This document shows, one piece after another, positions 50,207 through 61,320 of a stretch of 64,000 nucleotides of DNA. The position numbers and the translations under genes are program-made. Position 1 is the stretch's first letter. Every line of letters starts with the position of its first letter. The notes under the pieces were generated by a model. The model saw only the letters and a list, made by a program, of their open reading frames with translations. It was not told the DNA's origin and made no database searches. Location of the stretch: contig NC_087436.1 of the NCBI RefSeq assembly GCF_036321535.1, positions 99,698,001 through 99,762,000 on the forward strand, in the 5' to 3' direction. This DNA comes from Camelus dromedarius (taxonomy: Eukaryota).

Positions 50207-53024
50207 TGCCAAATATTCTTACTTCAAATTTCTGTGCCTTCTTTACAGAAGTCCTTTTAATTGTTGAGAATTATTTTCCTTGGCTGTGAAATGGAAATAA
50301 CAAAACTAAAACTGTTTTTATAATATTCTTAGCATCAACAAGGTATCATTCCCCATTATATTTTACAAACCATAAAATTCTACATTAATTAGATACAGTT
50401 GTAGTGTTTTCTTTCATTCATTCATTCATTCATTCATTCATTTTTATCCTTTTTCTGTAACCTATTTAAAGCTATTCCTGATTGAGTTTCATCCACTAGC
50501 AAATTCCCGAGACTCTATTTTTGGATTTTGGCCAGACTATTTGGCCTATAAGAGTAAACCATGTAGCTTCTGAGTCTTATTATATTTTACTGATATGGAT
50601 ATTTGGATAGCCCAGTATTATTAGTAGAAAGTACTATTGGACAGTACTATTGAACAATGATACTTTGTTTACCACTGTGTATACATCTGCTAGCAGAGTT
50701 CTCAATTGTTTCTCAATACATTTGCTGAATAAAATGAATAATATATCAGTTATTAATTCACTCATTTATTTATTTAGCAAATATCTATAGGCCATATGCT
50801 GTATAAATATAGGTGATAGAAAGATGAATAATGCACTGTTACTATCCTTAAGTTATAATGGGATGGAGAATCATTCATTGGTATTATTACAATGTATGGT
50901 GAGAAGGTAAAATAAAAACATATATAGGATGATGTTGGTACACAGAAAAGGAGACCCTGGCATGGTCTCATTCTTAGATTATTCAATAAGCTCGAGACAG
51001 GCAACAAATTGCCATGTCAAACTGCAATCCTAAAATTTCTCAATAATGGTAGGTTCATTCATTTATACTATGATTGAACAGTTAAATGTTCTCTTCCAAT
51101 TCTGTAGGTTTATAAATTTTTTTAAATTCCTTTCTTTCTTTTTTTTTGGTCAAGACACATGAGAAGCCCAGAGCAGTAACAATTTATGATATAGGAAACT
51201 TTTATATAGGCCCAAGTGAAGAATTTGATTAAGGGAAAAAGAAAGTTAGTCATGAAGAAGATATATTGTAAAGGATTAAGTAACATTAGACAATACTTTT
51301 GGAAAAGAAAGACTAGAAAAGAGGTTAAGACATCATCCAAATAGACCCATCGGTATAATTGACACAAATGCACCAAATACGAATATAAATATGACAAATA
51401 TAACCACCATAAAAGCACCATCCAACTCATTGACCCCTTTATTCCAAGATCTTCATAGAGGAAAATGATATTAAATCCTGTCTCCTTCAGGGAAGACTGT
51501 AACTGTGAGCAGACAATGATTTTCAAAAGAACAGAGTGGTATTTTCTCTCACCTCACCCCAAGGTATTATGAATAAGTCAAGAACAGCTCTTTTATATAC
51601 ATATTGAAAACATTTGCTAAAAAAACTACGTTGCTCTGTTTCCTGTTTTTAACTCAGGGGTTTAGTCATATGAGATAGCTATTTGTGTTTTATGCTCCTG
51701 GGTTTGAAATGACACATACCTCCTTGGTACTTGAACTCTTCCGTGAAAAGTCAAATATCTTTGTCTAACTGCGATTCCTCCCTTGAATGTGAGTAATTGA
51801 GTTCCCAAAGGTAGATTTGAAATATGAGAAAATATACCTGATTTCTGGGTAAATTGAAGCTTTTATTTCCCTTTTACCTGTCACTATGCTCTTTTAGCAA
51901 GAAAAAAAAAATTGACTCCATCATTTTTTCCTCCTGGGTTAATGTTGGAGATACATTTTCACACATAAGTCTGCAACTTTTTCTTAAAGGGATCATGTTA
52001 ATGTTTTAGATCAAAGCATTAAAAAGGGTACGTACTGATAAACAGAATTCTTCCCCCAGGGGAATTAACTTTTATAATTGACCTAGCAACAAGACACCAA
52101 ATTAATTGTTTTTCATAAGGGCTGTTAATCATAATGATGACAATTCCACATAATAAACCCACTAGTAATTGAATATTGCTGTTCGCTTTAAGTATAATTT
52201 AAATCACCCAGCATGTTTAAATGCTGTAGACAGAAGAGGTTCTAAGTGCTTGGAGATGATCCATAAGCTAATTGCTAAGCAGTGGTGGCATTTTCATTTG
52301 TTATAGACCACTCAGCCATTAATTGTGTACAGTGATACAGTTCACTGGAGTTTCTCATTGAACAAACTGCAAAGGTTAACTGGAGCCAAGTCAAGAAGAA
52401 GTCAAAAATAAGGAAGAAACATGCATCCTATCCATTGCCATGCATATAAACAACAAGTTTTTAAAACTACAAAAGCCAAGCAATATTTTTATAATAAAAA
52501 TAAGTTATTTATTTTTTGTTTATGTAAAGGGATATATACCCCAATTCCTTGAGGTTAAAATTTATAATGCTGGTTGGTATGTTTATATGTATTCTCATTT
52601 GAGAGAGTTGGAAACACCCTAGCAAAATGACCCCTTTTGGATAAAAATGTCTCATTAGTACTCAGGCATTTCAGAACCAAATATGTTAAATAATTAATTA
52701 GAAGGTTAGAAGGTGCTCTATATCAGTCTTAAGTATTTTAACATTCTTTCCTGTTATTTTGATTGTCCTAACTGCATGATCTCTTCCCTTACTAATGTTG
52801 GACAGTATCTCATGGGTGGGCCTTCATTTCAAAGCCTTTACTTCATTTCTTCCATTGTGTTTAATCAGACTGACTTGAAAGTAAAAGTTAGTGTTTCTTA
52901 GGATCTCACGTGTGATAACTCATTAGAAGTCCCCTAGTGATAAGACTGTAGCACTTTGGCAGCACTTTTACTGGTGGAACAATCTGTCATGACTGTTTCT
53001 TTCTGAAAAGAATACACACAGACT

Positions 53025-53154
53025 TCACCAGACACCAGTCTGCCAGCACCTAGATCTTGAACTTCCTGACCCCCAGTACTCCAAGCAATAATTGTTTGCT
53101 GTTTAAACTACCGAGACTACGGTATTTTCTTATAGCAACCCAAACAGACTAAGA
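53025..53154 (+). mobile_element. MLT1A-type MaLR LTR 3' part
   Basis: caccagacaccagtctgccagcacctagatcttgaacttcc...tatagcaacccaaacagactaaga. Confidence 0.8.
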
Positions 53155-53232
53155 AAAGCCCCCAACACATTGTATTATTATTACATAGAACCTCATCAAT
53201 ACGTAGAATATTGTCAATATTTTTATACCGAT

Positions 53233-53819
53233 TGTGATAGTTAATTTTATGTGTCAATTTAACTGGGCCGTGAGATACTCACATATCTGTTTAAACTTAT
53301 TTTCTAGATAGTTCTGTGGATAAGGGTGTTTCTAGAAGAGATTAGCATTTGAATCAGTAGACTGAATAAAGAGGATTGCCTTCCTCAACTTGGGTGGACA
53401 TCGTCCAATCCACTGAGGACCTGACCAGAACAAAAAGGTGTATGGGGGAGAATTCACTGGCTCTGCCTGGAAGCTTGAGCTGTGACATAAGTCTTCTGCC
53501 CTCAGCAATCCTGATTCTCAGGCCATCAGACCTGTGCTGGAATCCATTTGTCCCCCTGATCCCAGGCCCTTGAACACCACCACCACCATTTCTGTGTCTA
53601 CAGCTTACAGATAACAATGAGCTAGTACCTTACTGTTCCAATAGAATATAATATATATATTATTGGTATATAGAATAGATATATAATATACAATAAATAA
53701 AACTAATATATTTATATAGAACATACATAATACATATAAATTATAATATATATTTAATTATATAATATATTTTATATTGACCTGTTGATTCTGTTTCTCT
53801 GGAGAACCTTGACTAATAA
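53233..53819 (+). mobile_element. MLT2B/C (ERVL) solo LTR with an internal AT-rich expansion
   Basis: tgtgatagttaattttatgtgtcaa...ttctgtttctctggagaaccttgactaata. Confidence 0.9.
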
Positions 53820-53899
53820 GCCTATGTTACTTTTGTTTGACTGCTATTCACACAATAGCAGACATTACTGGTTACTTAGTCACCCTCACTAATATTTTA

Positions 53900-55010
53900 T
53901 AATGTCCTCAGACAAGTTTTTTTCCCCCCTTTTGTTAGGATATTTTCTTCAAGTATATTTTCAAAAAGATTCATTTTTTGGTTAAATTTTCAAGGTTAAT
54001 ATTCTCCTTAATACTGTCGACTGAAATAAATGTGCAGCCTAAAAGTTGAGAGTTATGTTTTATTTGGTGGGAGGACTTGAGCTGGGATGACAGCCTCCCA
54101 GATCGCTCTGAGGGACTGCTCTGAAGAGGTAGGGGAGGAGCTAGGATATATCGAAGCTTTACAACAAAGACCAGGTAGTTGGAACATTAAAAGATTACTT
54201 GTTAACTAAAGAAAACCAGACATCTTAAGTTAAAGAATTTAGTGCTTTTCTATGTATGGGAGGAAGCAAACATTTGGGCTCCTTGAATTCATTCCTTTGA
54301 CAAGCACCTAGCTATCTAGGGCCAGTATCCTGTCCTTTCTTACTCTGAGTCCGCTGGGAGTGCACCATTGTGAGTGGCTGCAGAGGCTGGGCTGCAGGCT
54401 TGTCTTCACTGCGGGGTGGCGGCAGCCGCTGATGACCTGATAGTTTCAGCATTCTTTGTTTACTGATATGGTTTGCAGTATTTTTCATTCACAATACTTA
54501 TACTTTTACTGGATATAAAATTCTAGCTTTAAGTTTCTTTCCTTTGACATTTTGAAAATACTACTCCATTGTCTTTTTATAGTCAGTGTTTTTGCTGAGA
54601 AGCATGTCAGTATAATTCTTATTTATGGTTTTCTCTCTTTAGAAGGTTTTGGAATTTGATCTTTGTCTTTGATATTTTTTAATTTGTCTGTATGGTTTTT
54701 AGCTGTGAATTCTTTCTTATCTATGCTGTTTGGCATGCCAATTACCTTTTCATTATAAAGCCTCACACCTTTCCTTTCTTCTGGCAATTCTTTGCCATTA
54801 TTTTTTCAAATCTATATGCCTGAATAGATATTTCACTTTTATTTGAGACTTTTTTACATGTAAATGAACGCATCTGTTTCTCTTCTTATTACCCACTTAC
54901 TTTACATTTATGTTTTCTGATTAAATTCCCAGCCTTATATTCCAGCTCACTGATTTATTATTCAGCTATATTCATTTTGGTTCTTGACCCATTTATTGAG
55001 TTTATTATTG
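53900..55010 (-). mobile_element. Old L1/HAL1 ORF1-region fragment split by an LTR
   Basis: actggatataaaattctag...actccattgtctt...gctgagaag, the typical ORF1 antisense pattern. Confidence 0.65.
54015..54493 (-). mobile_element. Relatively young MER41-related ERV1 solo LTR
   Basis: TG...CA termini, perfect TSD ATAC (54011-14 / 54494-97), several CpGs retained. Confidence 0.9.
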
Positions 55011-55167
55011 CACACATTATGCCTGTTTATGCAGCTGCTTTTGCGTCACTCTCAGAATTGTTGTTGATGTACCTGAGCCATTAATCTCCATCTCATGTCA
55101 ATGAAATCTCATAGGTTGGATAGACATGGGAGAGACTCAGTGGAACATATATACCTCACTATATTAA

Positions 55168-55415
55168 GAGCAGTAGAGTATGTTAATTAAGAGACTGGAG
55201 TCTTAGATTCAGACTTAGGATTAGATTGCTACTACACATCTACTGTGTCACCTTGGAAAAATTTCTTAACTTCTCTGTACCTCAGTTTCCTTACATGTAA
55301 AATAAAGCTGTTAATAGTACTTACCTTATAGGGTTGTGGGAAATAAATGAGTTAATATAACCCTTAAAATAGCACCTGACCCAAAGTTAGTGTTTGAACA
55401 AGTTTTAGTTACTAT
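55168..55415 (+). mobile_element. Near full-length MIR
   Basis: ctgtgtcaccttggaaaaatttcttaacttctctgtacctcagtttccttacatgtaaaat...atagggttgt. Confidence 0.9.
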
Positions 55416-55533
55416 CAGTACTGAGTCAGAAAACAAAAGTTATTCTTTGAAAATTTAAAAACCGTTTGTACTAGTATTTGTTTTGACCTGGAGCACAAAA
55501 TTATCTAATCCCATCTCAGAAAAAAACATAATT

Positions 55534-56089
55534 TGTCAACTTTATCAGAAGGTGTATATAACTCAACTTGGACCCAACAATTGATTGTAATAACCTGTTA
55601 GCGGGCAATAAAAAAAGGAGGCATCCTGTTTGCTACATTGATAGGTATGGGAGTAAAAAATTTCCTGGATTTCTCAGTGTTTTCTGCAAAAAGCCTCAGT
55701 CTTCTAAGATTCTTCACAAAGCATAAGAATTCTATCTGTAGCTGTTTCTCTATTTAATTGGTTTTATCCAAAAGGATAATAAAACTTATCTTATCTTTAG
55801 GAGACCAGTATTACATCCCAGAGTAGGGTCCTAGGTCAAATTCCCAGCATGCCAAGAGGGCCAGAGCTGCCATTTTTCTACATATTTGCATTTCAAAGAA
55901 CAGTGAAGCCAGATAACTTAGACACATCTTAAGTGCCCAAAGCAGAGACACTGGGGGGCTATCTGGCTCCTGGAGAGATTTTAATTTTATACCAAAGAGC
56001 TGGAGTAGAGAGTAGATGCTGAGAAGAGGAGGGGGCAGTGGCTTCTTTTCCTTTATAAGCAAAATAAAATCATTCTTCCTCATCTCTCA
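55534..56089 (-). mobile_element. Old ERV1 (MER4-group) LTR, family uncertain
   Basis: TGTCAA...TCTCA ends and an atttgcatttcaaaga motif shared with 26014-26707. Confidence 0.45.
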
Positions 56090-56379
56090 CCTCTAAGTTG
56101 TGCAGTGATTTGCATAGGACCATTGACCTGGCTCTCACCCCACTGCTCTAAGGGTAAGGACTAGGGTGAGAGAGGGCAAGGTTGGACAGATGCTTAATAC
56201 TTACTGTGATGTATTTAATAAGAAGTACTGGACACCTCTGATACAGAGGACTTCATATACTTCCAAGGTAAAATTAATAAAGACGAATGTTAAAAACCAC
56301 AGAATAGGCCAATGGTGAAGCACTTTATACCCCAGACTCATGCAACTTGTTGATTGCTTCTTTAAAAGTCAAAATACTA

Positions 56380-56745
56380 CTAGTTATATTCCTATAAGAG
56401 ACAACCTCAAAATCTCAGTGGCTTAACATTATAAGTATTTATTTTTCTTTTATATAAAATCTGATGTTCTTCCAAAATTTCTTGAAAGAAACTGTCCTCC
56501 ATGCAGAGACGAAATGATCTAGTTGACCGAGGTTCTACCCTCTGCAGCTGCACTGTCTGGAACACTTAACTTCCCACACTGATAAGGCAGAATAAGAGGC
56601 AGTTGGAGAGTTGTGTGTCTATGAGCCTGTACTTTACCCAACAAGTTACATGTTTCTTCTGCTTATAGCCTATTAGCCAGGATAAGTCACATGATCGTGC
56701 CTACCCCACTGAAAGGAGGCTGAGAAGTGTAAATTTCCAGTGCGG
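56380..56745 (-). mobile_element. MLT1K/L-type MaLR LTR
   Basis: aaaatctcagtggcttaaca...ctattagccaggataagtcacatg...ggctgagaagtgta. Confidence 0.7.
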
Positions 56746-57215
56746 TTAGTTCTACCCAGAAGTTACCACACTATATAGAATCATGAAACACAAACCACAA
56801 GACTTACACAAAAAAAATAAGATTAGGGGAACAGCACTCAAAAACTTCATCAGTGACTTATAATTTTTTTAAAAAAGAAACAAACAAAAATAGCAGCAAA
56901 GTTTTATAAATACTACAAAAAACAAAGTCACTTCTCCTTGAAAGAAATCTAAGGTTTATTTGCAGAAGTGAGCGAATAACACATCTTGGGGATTATTGGG
57001 AAGCGGTGGAAGGAGGGTTATCTGAAAAGATGGAAAGTTCTGATGTGCATTGGGAACTTAAGTAGCTGGCAGAGATGTTAGGAGTTGTGCATGGTTTGTG
57101 TAATCCTTACATGGCTCAATGCAGTTGCATACAGTTTTCTGTGTTCACTGGTGTTTCTCCTGATGAGTCTGCATGTAAGCAAATACAAAATTCTTAGTTT
57201 GCCCAAGCAGTTCCC

Positions 57216-57827
57216 TGTGGTTTTGTCACCAGTTGTGGGTTCTGGCCAGCAGAAGTCCCACCAAGACGGAATGAATTACTCAAGACTCTGGAAAAGTCAA
57301 GAGAGAGAGGGAATCGGGAGCCAACTCCTTGAGCCTCTCAAATGCTCCCATATTTATTGAGTACAGTCAAAAGAGAAATGCAGGAATTTAGGGAAGGACA
57401 GGGTGGGATCACAATGAGTACAAAGGCTTTGTTTATTGTTGGTGTTTGGCTCAAGGTCAGAAGACCCTTTTGGTGAATCATGTTCGTGTTGAGCCTTTCA
57501 GCTTATCAGGGCAGAATGTATGAGAATCAGCTGCTTAACATTTTTCTTGGACTCAGGCTGCTGTCCCTGTGTCTTAGGTTGCCCCCCTCAGGGGATCTTA
57601 CCTGTCATTGGCTAACCAGCCTTCTCACCTCTGAGTCTGCAGCTTTTTACCATTCCAGCCCAAGGCTGTTTTGGGGATAGAAGACTAACAGCAGGCACGC
57701 CCAGCGTTTATAGCCGGGGGCCTGGGTCATTGTTAAAACCTCAAGGCAGTTACTAAGTGCATCTTCTTTAAAGAGATAAGCGGCTGGGATCTGTTACTAT
57801 TTGTTAACCCAGTCATGGGCTCCCACA
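57216..57827 (-). mobile_element. ERV2 (betaretrovirus-like) solo LTR with 6-bp TSD
   Basis: Minus strand TGTGGGAGCCC...AAAACCACA, perfect TSD GTTCCC (57210-15 / 57828-33), AATAAA on the minus strand at about 57353. Confidence 0.85.
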
Positions 57828-58184
57828 GTTCCCTGCTTTATCAATCAAGTTGGGACCAATTTGCATTTTCAAAACAAGCATTTTAGCTCAACTGACTATA
57901 CCTGGAAAGGGAAGAGAACTGGCTATGATTACTATTTATATGGCCTATACCACCATGCTGTTAAGGGTGGGTGGTTTAAGTCTTAATAAAATATTGATTT
58001 TTCTGTTATTAAATTTTTAAATCTAATTACCACATAACGTCATCATCCTATTTAGTAAAGATCAATTATCACAAGCATTAATTAAAATTCTGGTTGCATG
58101 GCTTTGATACCAATTCTTCATTTATTTTCAGTAGTTGTCTACAGGATGATAATAGCACTTAATAAATTTAACAAAACATTATAC

Positions 58185-58557
58185 TTTTTTTTAGCTTTTT
58201 TTATTGAATAATAGTCATTTTACAATGTTGTGTCAAATTCTAGTGTAGAGCACAATTTTTCAGTTATACATGAACATATATATATATTCATTGTCACATT
58301 TTTTTTCACTATGAGCTACCACAAGATCTTGTATATATTTCCCTGTGCTATACAGTATAATATTGTTTATCTATTCTACATTTTAAAATTCCAGTCTGTC
58401 CCTTCCCACCCCCTCTGCCCCCTTGGCAACCACAAGTTTGTATTCTATGTCTATGAGTCTGTTTCTGTTTTGTATTTATGTTTTTTTTTTAGATTCCTCA
58501 TATGAGCGATCTCATATGATATTTTTCTTTCTCTTTCTGGCTTACTTCACTTAGAAT
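58185..58557 (-). mobile_element. Young 5'-truncated cetartiodactyl/camelid L1 3' end
   Basis: Poly(T), tttacaatgttgtgtcaaattctagtgtagagca, ttccctgtgctatacagt, ggcaaccacaagtttg, ggcttacttcacttagaat. Confidence 0.92.
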
Positions 58558-60049
58558 ATAATTTCTTAAGTTTTAAATCACTTCAAGGATCCCTTAGTAT
58601 TTCCAAAAACAGATGAGTCTAATCACATGAAAATGACTCACTTGATTTTAGATAATAGTTTATCTTCCTTCAACAATAAGACCATTGACAAAAAATAAAA
58701 CCCAAATCCTCTAATACTTATATAAACTGAATTTCTTCCCTCTGGTTATTACAATATTTCAGCCTTTATGATGCATTTGGCATCTCTGTTGATTTACATT
58801 CTGGCCTCTCAAGTATTATGCATGTGATTTATATTTCAGGTCATATCTCCTTTGTTTGTGTGTGTATATGTATCCAAGTGTGTTGCTGTGTGAGGTTAAA
58901 CCATTGCCTAAACAAATGCATTGTGTTCCGGAGATAACTGGGAAAAGATATAAAATAACAGTCAACTGATCAAAGCTGCTGAAATTAATTAATTTCCTAT
59001 CATCCCTCATCAACAGGATTCTCATCCTGAAATAACTCTGTAAATCGCCTCATCTGATCCAATCTAACTCTTCTGGACGATAAAGAATCTTTTATTTGTC
59101 CATTGAAATTCATGCTTTTTTTTTTTTTATCAGTGAAATCCGTTGTTTCCAGAGTTCCTTCACCATCTTGTTAAAAACAAAATCATCACAGTGCCCCAAG
59201 ACTTTGTTTTCCTTGGATCTCTCTGAAGATGGCTGTTTTTCCTCTCAAACACATCAGTGCCTACAGGTTGAACAGGCATCCTTTGGATCCTTTTGTCACT
59301 TCCAGATGATTCTCTCTAGTCTATAAAACTCTTTTGAAAATCATATGATCATCTGCAGTCCCCCAGTCTACTCTTCTTCATAACCTGAAGATTTCGTCCC
59401 CTGAATCACTGCCACTCTGTTTCTCCTATCATAATTCAGAATTATTTCAACATTCCTGTAGAAGTTACTTCCAATATTTTCACCTCTGATGATCTTCCCC
59501 TTTATCCTATCTCTCATTGTCACATCTAATTATAAGCTCTTTACTACCTGACCACAACTTCTGCATTTCTGCTTAATCCCCTCTGGTCCCTGACTCAACT
59601 TTTTTTTTTTTAAATCCCAGGGGGCCAGGGTCTGTTGACCCTACAATCTTTTCATTATTTCTCAGTTTTTATCTTCACGTTCTTCCCTATTGAGCTTTTG
59701 TTCCAGTCAACTTTATAATCACTCCTTTGCGTATTCCTTTAACTCTGTTGCCTCCTTCACTTGAACCTTCCAGGCAAAACTCTAATGTGATTAAGTCCAG
59801 CTCTCTTCCTAGTCCCCACAGGCAGAAAACATCACAACCAAACTGACTACCTTAACTTTAGAGTCATGACCATGACTTTAAGAACTAATATTAAACTATG
59901 CAAAATACTCTCACTTAGAATCATAAATCTCAAGGGAGACTTTAGTTCTGCTCAGCAGTTTTCCTATATCCAATCATTTTTATCTTCCTAAGGATTTAAG
60001 TAATGTTTCCCCCTTTTCCCCCTTTATAGCAAAGATGAGCTACATGCTC

Positions 60050-60415
60050 ACAAAAGCCATTTCCTCCACCTGGTGATGGGGCTAAATGGTCATGCTTGGC
60101 CTTGTCACAATTGAGTAGAGAACAAGTGATTCATTCTTGACACTGAAATGTGACCACAAATTATGAGTCACCTGAAAATCAAGGCAGTTAAGAACTAATG
60201 TTCCCACTCCACATTCCCCCTACTGGCCCTTCCTGCACTGTGGATGAAGCTTCATGCTGGAAGTCCATGGTAGCCAGCTACTGGACAGAGACTGAATCCA
60301 AGAGCCACTTGGAAGAGATCCACCCAGTAGATGAGCTTAAAGAAAACTACCCAGACAGCTAGTGAGTAAGAAGACTGTTCCCTGTGTGAAGCTTTGATTG
60401 TTGAAATTTCTTACT
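60050..60415 (+). mobile_element. MLT1I/J-type MaLR LTR
   Basis: ggggctaaatggtcatg...gagccacttggaagagatccacc...gtgagtaagaa...tgtgtgaagc. Confidence 0.55.
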
Positions 60416-60861
60416 TTTGATACCCTTATTTTCACCTCCTCCTCAGTCCTCACTCTCAGTTGGTAATCTTGCTTTTAGAAATTTCACTTTAAAAAAAAAA
60501 AGCTAATAGAAGAGAATTTCTACATGTTACCAAAACTATTAACTACTGACATACCTGGGTCTGTAGCTATAAACACAGCCTTTCCTTCTTTAAAAATGAT
60601 CATTTAAATTTTGCTCTGTTTGCATAGGGTCAAATCCCAGATTTCTTATTCAGGACTTCTTTCTCAAAATTAACAATCCACTATCAGTATTTATTTTATA
60701 CTTGGTATGTCAACCTCAGCACTCACTAGATAGTCTTTTTCAGTTTCTTTGGTGAATTTGCATCTTCCCAGTTTCTGAACGATAAACACCTCCAGGGACA
60801 AATATTTTGATATCTTATTTTATGTCTGCAGTCACTTCCTAGGTGATCTCCTCCAAACCCA

Positions 60862-61000
60862 TTTATTTTATTAATTTTTTGAGGAGGGGTAATTAGGTTA
60901 ACTTATTTATATATGTATTTTTTAATGGAAGTATTGGGGATTGAACCCAGGACCTCTGCATGCTAAGCACACACTCTATCACTGAGTTATACCCTCCCCC
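60862..61000 (-). mobile_element. Camelid tRNA-derived SINE (vic-1 type)
   Basis: Minus strand GGGGGAGGGTATAACTCAGTGATAGAGTGTGTGCTTAGCATGCAGAGGTCCTGGGTTCAATCCCCAATACTTCCATTAAAA...AACCTAATTACCCCTCC; A and B boxes recognisable. Confidence 0.92.
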
Positions 61001-61109
61001 AAACCATGATTTTAAATATTCTATATATTTATAATTCCCAAATAAATAATCTCTAGCCACAATCTCTTCCATGAATTCCAGTCTTATGAATCTAGCTACA
61101 GGTATTCAA

Positions 61110-61320
61110 TACAAGGACAGTAGTGGAAAACTGTCAACAACTGAATAGTCTGTAGTTTTTAAATAGTATTGTGATGATATCAATTTCATACTTTTGATGA
61201 TTGTACTACAACTAATTAAAATATTAACATTAAGGAAAGTGGAAGAAGGATATAAAGGTTTCCTTACTATTTTTGCAACTTTTCTGTAAGTTTAAAATTA
61301 GTTTAAAATAAAAAGTTAAG
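61110..61320 (+). mobile_element. Old L1 (L1MD/L1ME) 3' tail
   Basis: tttgatgattgtacta...actatttttgcaacttttctgtaagtttaaaatta...aaaataaaaagtt. Confidence 0.75.

Larger units (their letters stand above)
59240..61100 (+). mobile_element. Long fragmented L2 (ORF2 region to 3' part), interrupted by an MLT1 and a SINE
   Basis: ttataatcactcctttgc, ggcaaaactc, cagtcacttcctaggtgatctc, ctctagccacaatctcttccatgaattccag. Confidence 0.65.

Noticed and set aside
51122..51526. Longest supplied ORF (134 aa, hydrophobic)
   Set aside because: Non-ATG start, no recognisable domain, and a composition expected from AT-rich DNA. A C/A-rich patch suggested a NUMT, but I could not match it to any mitochondrial gene.
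60930..61000. tRNA-Ala-like sequence
   Set aside because: This is the head of a SINE with the family tail, not a tRNA gene.
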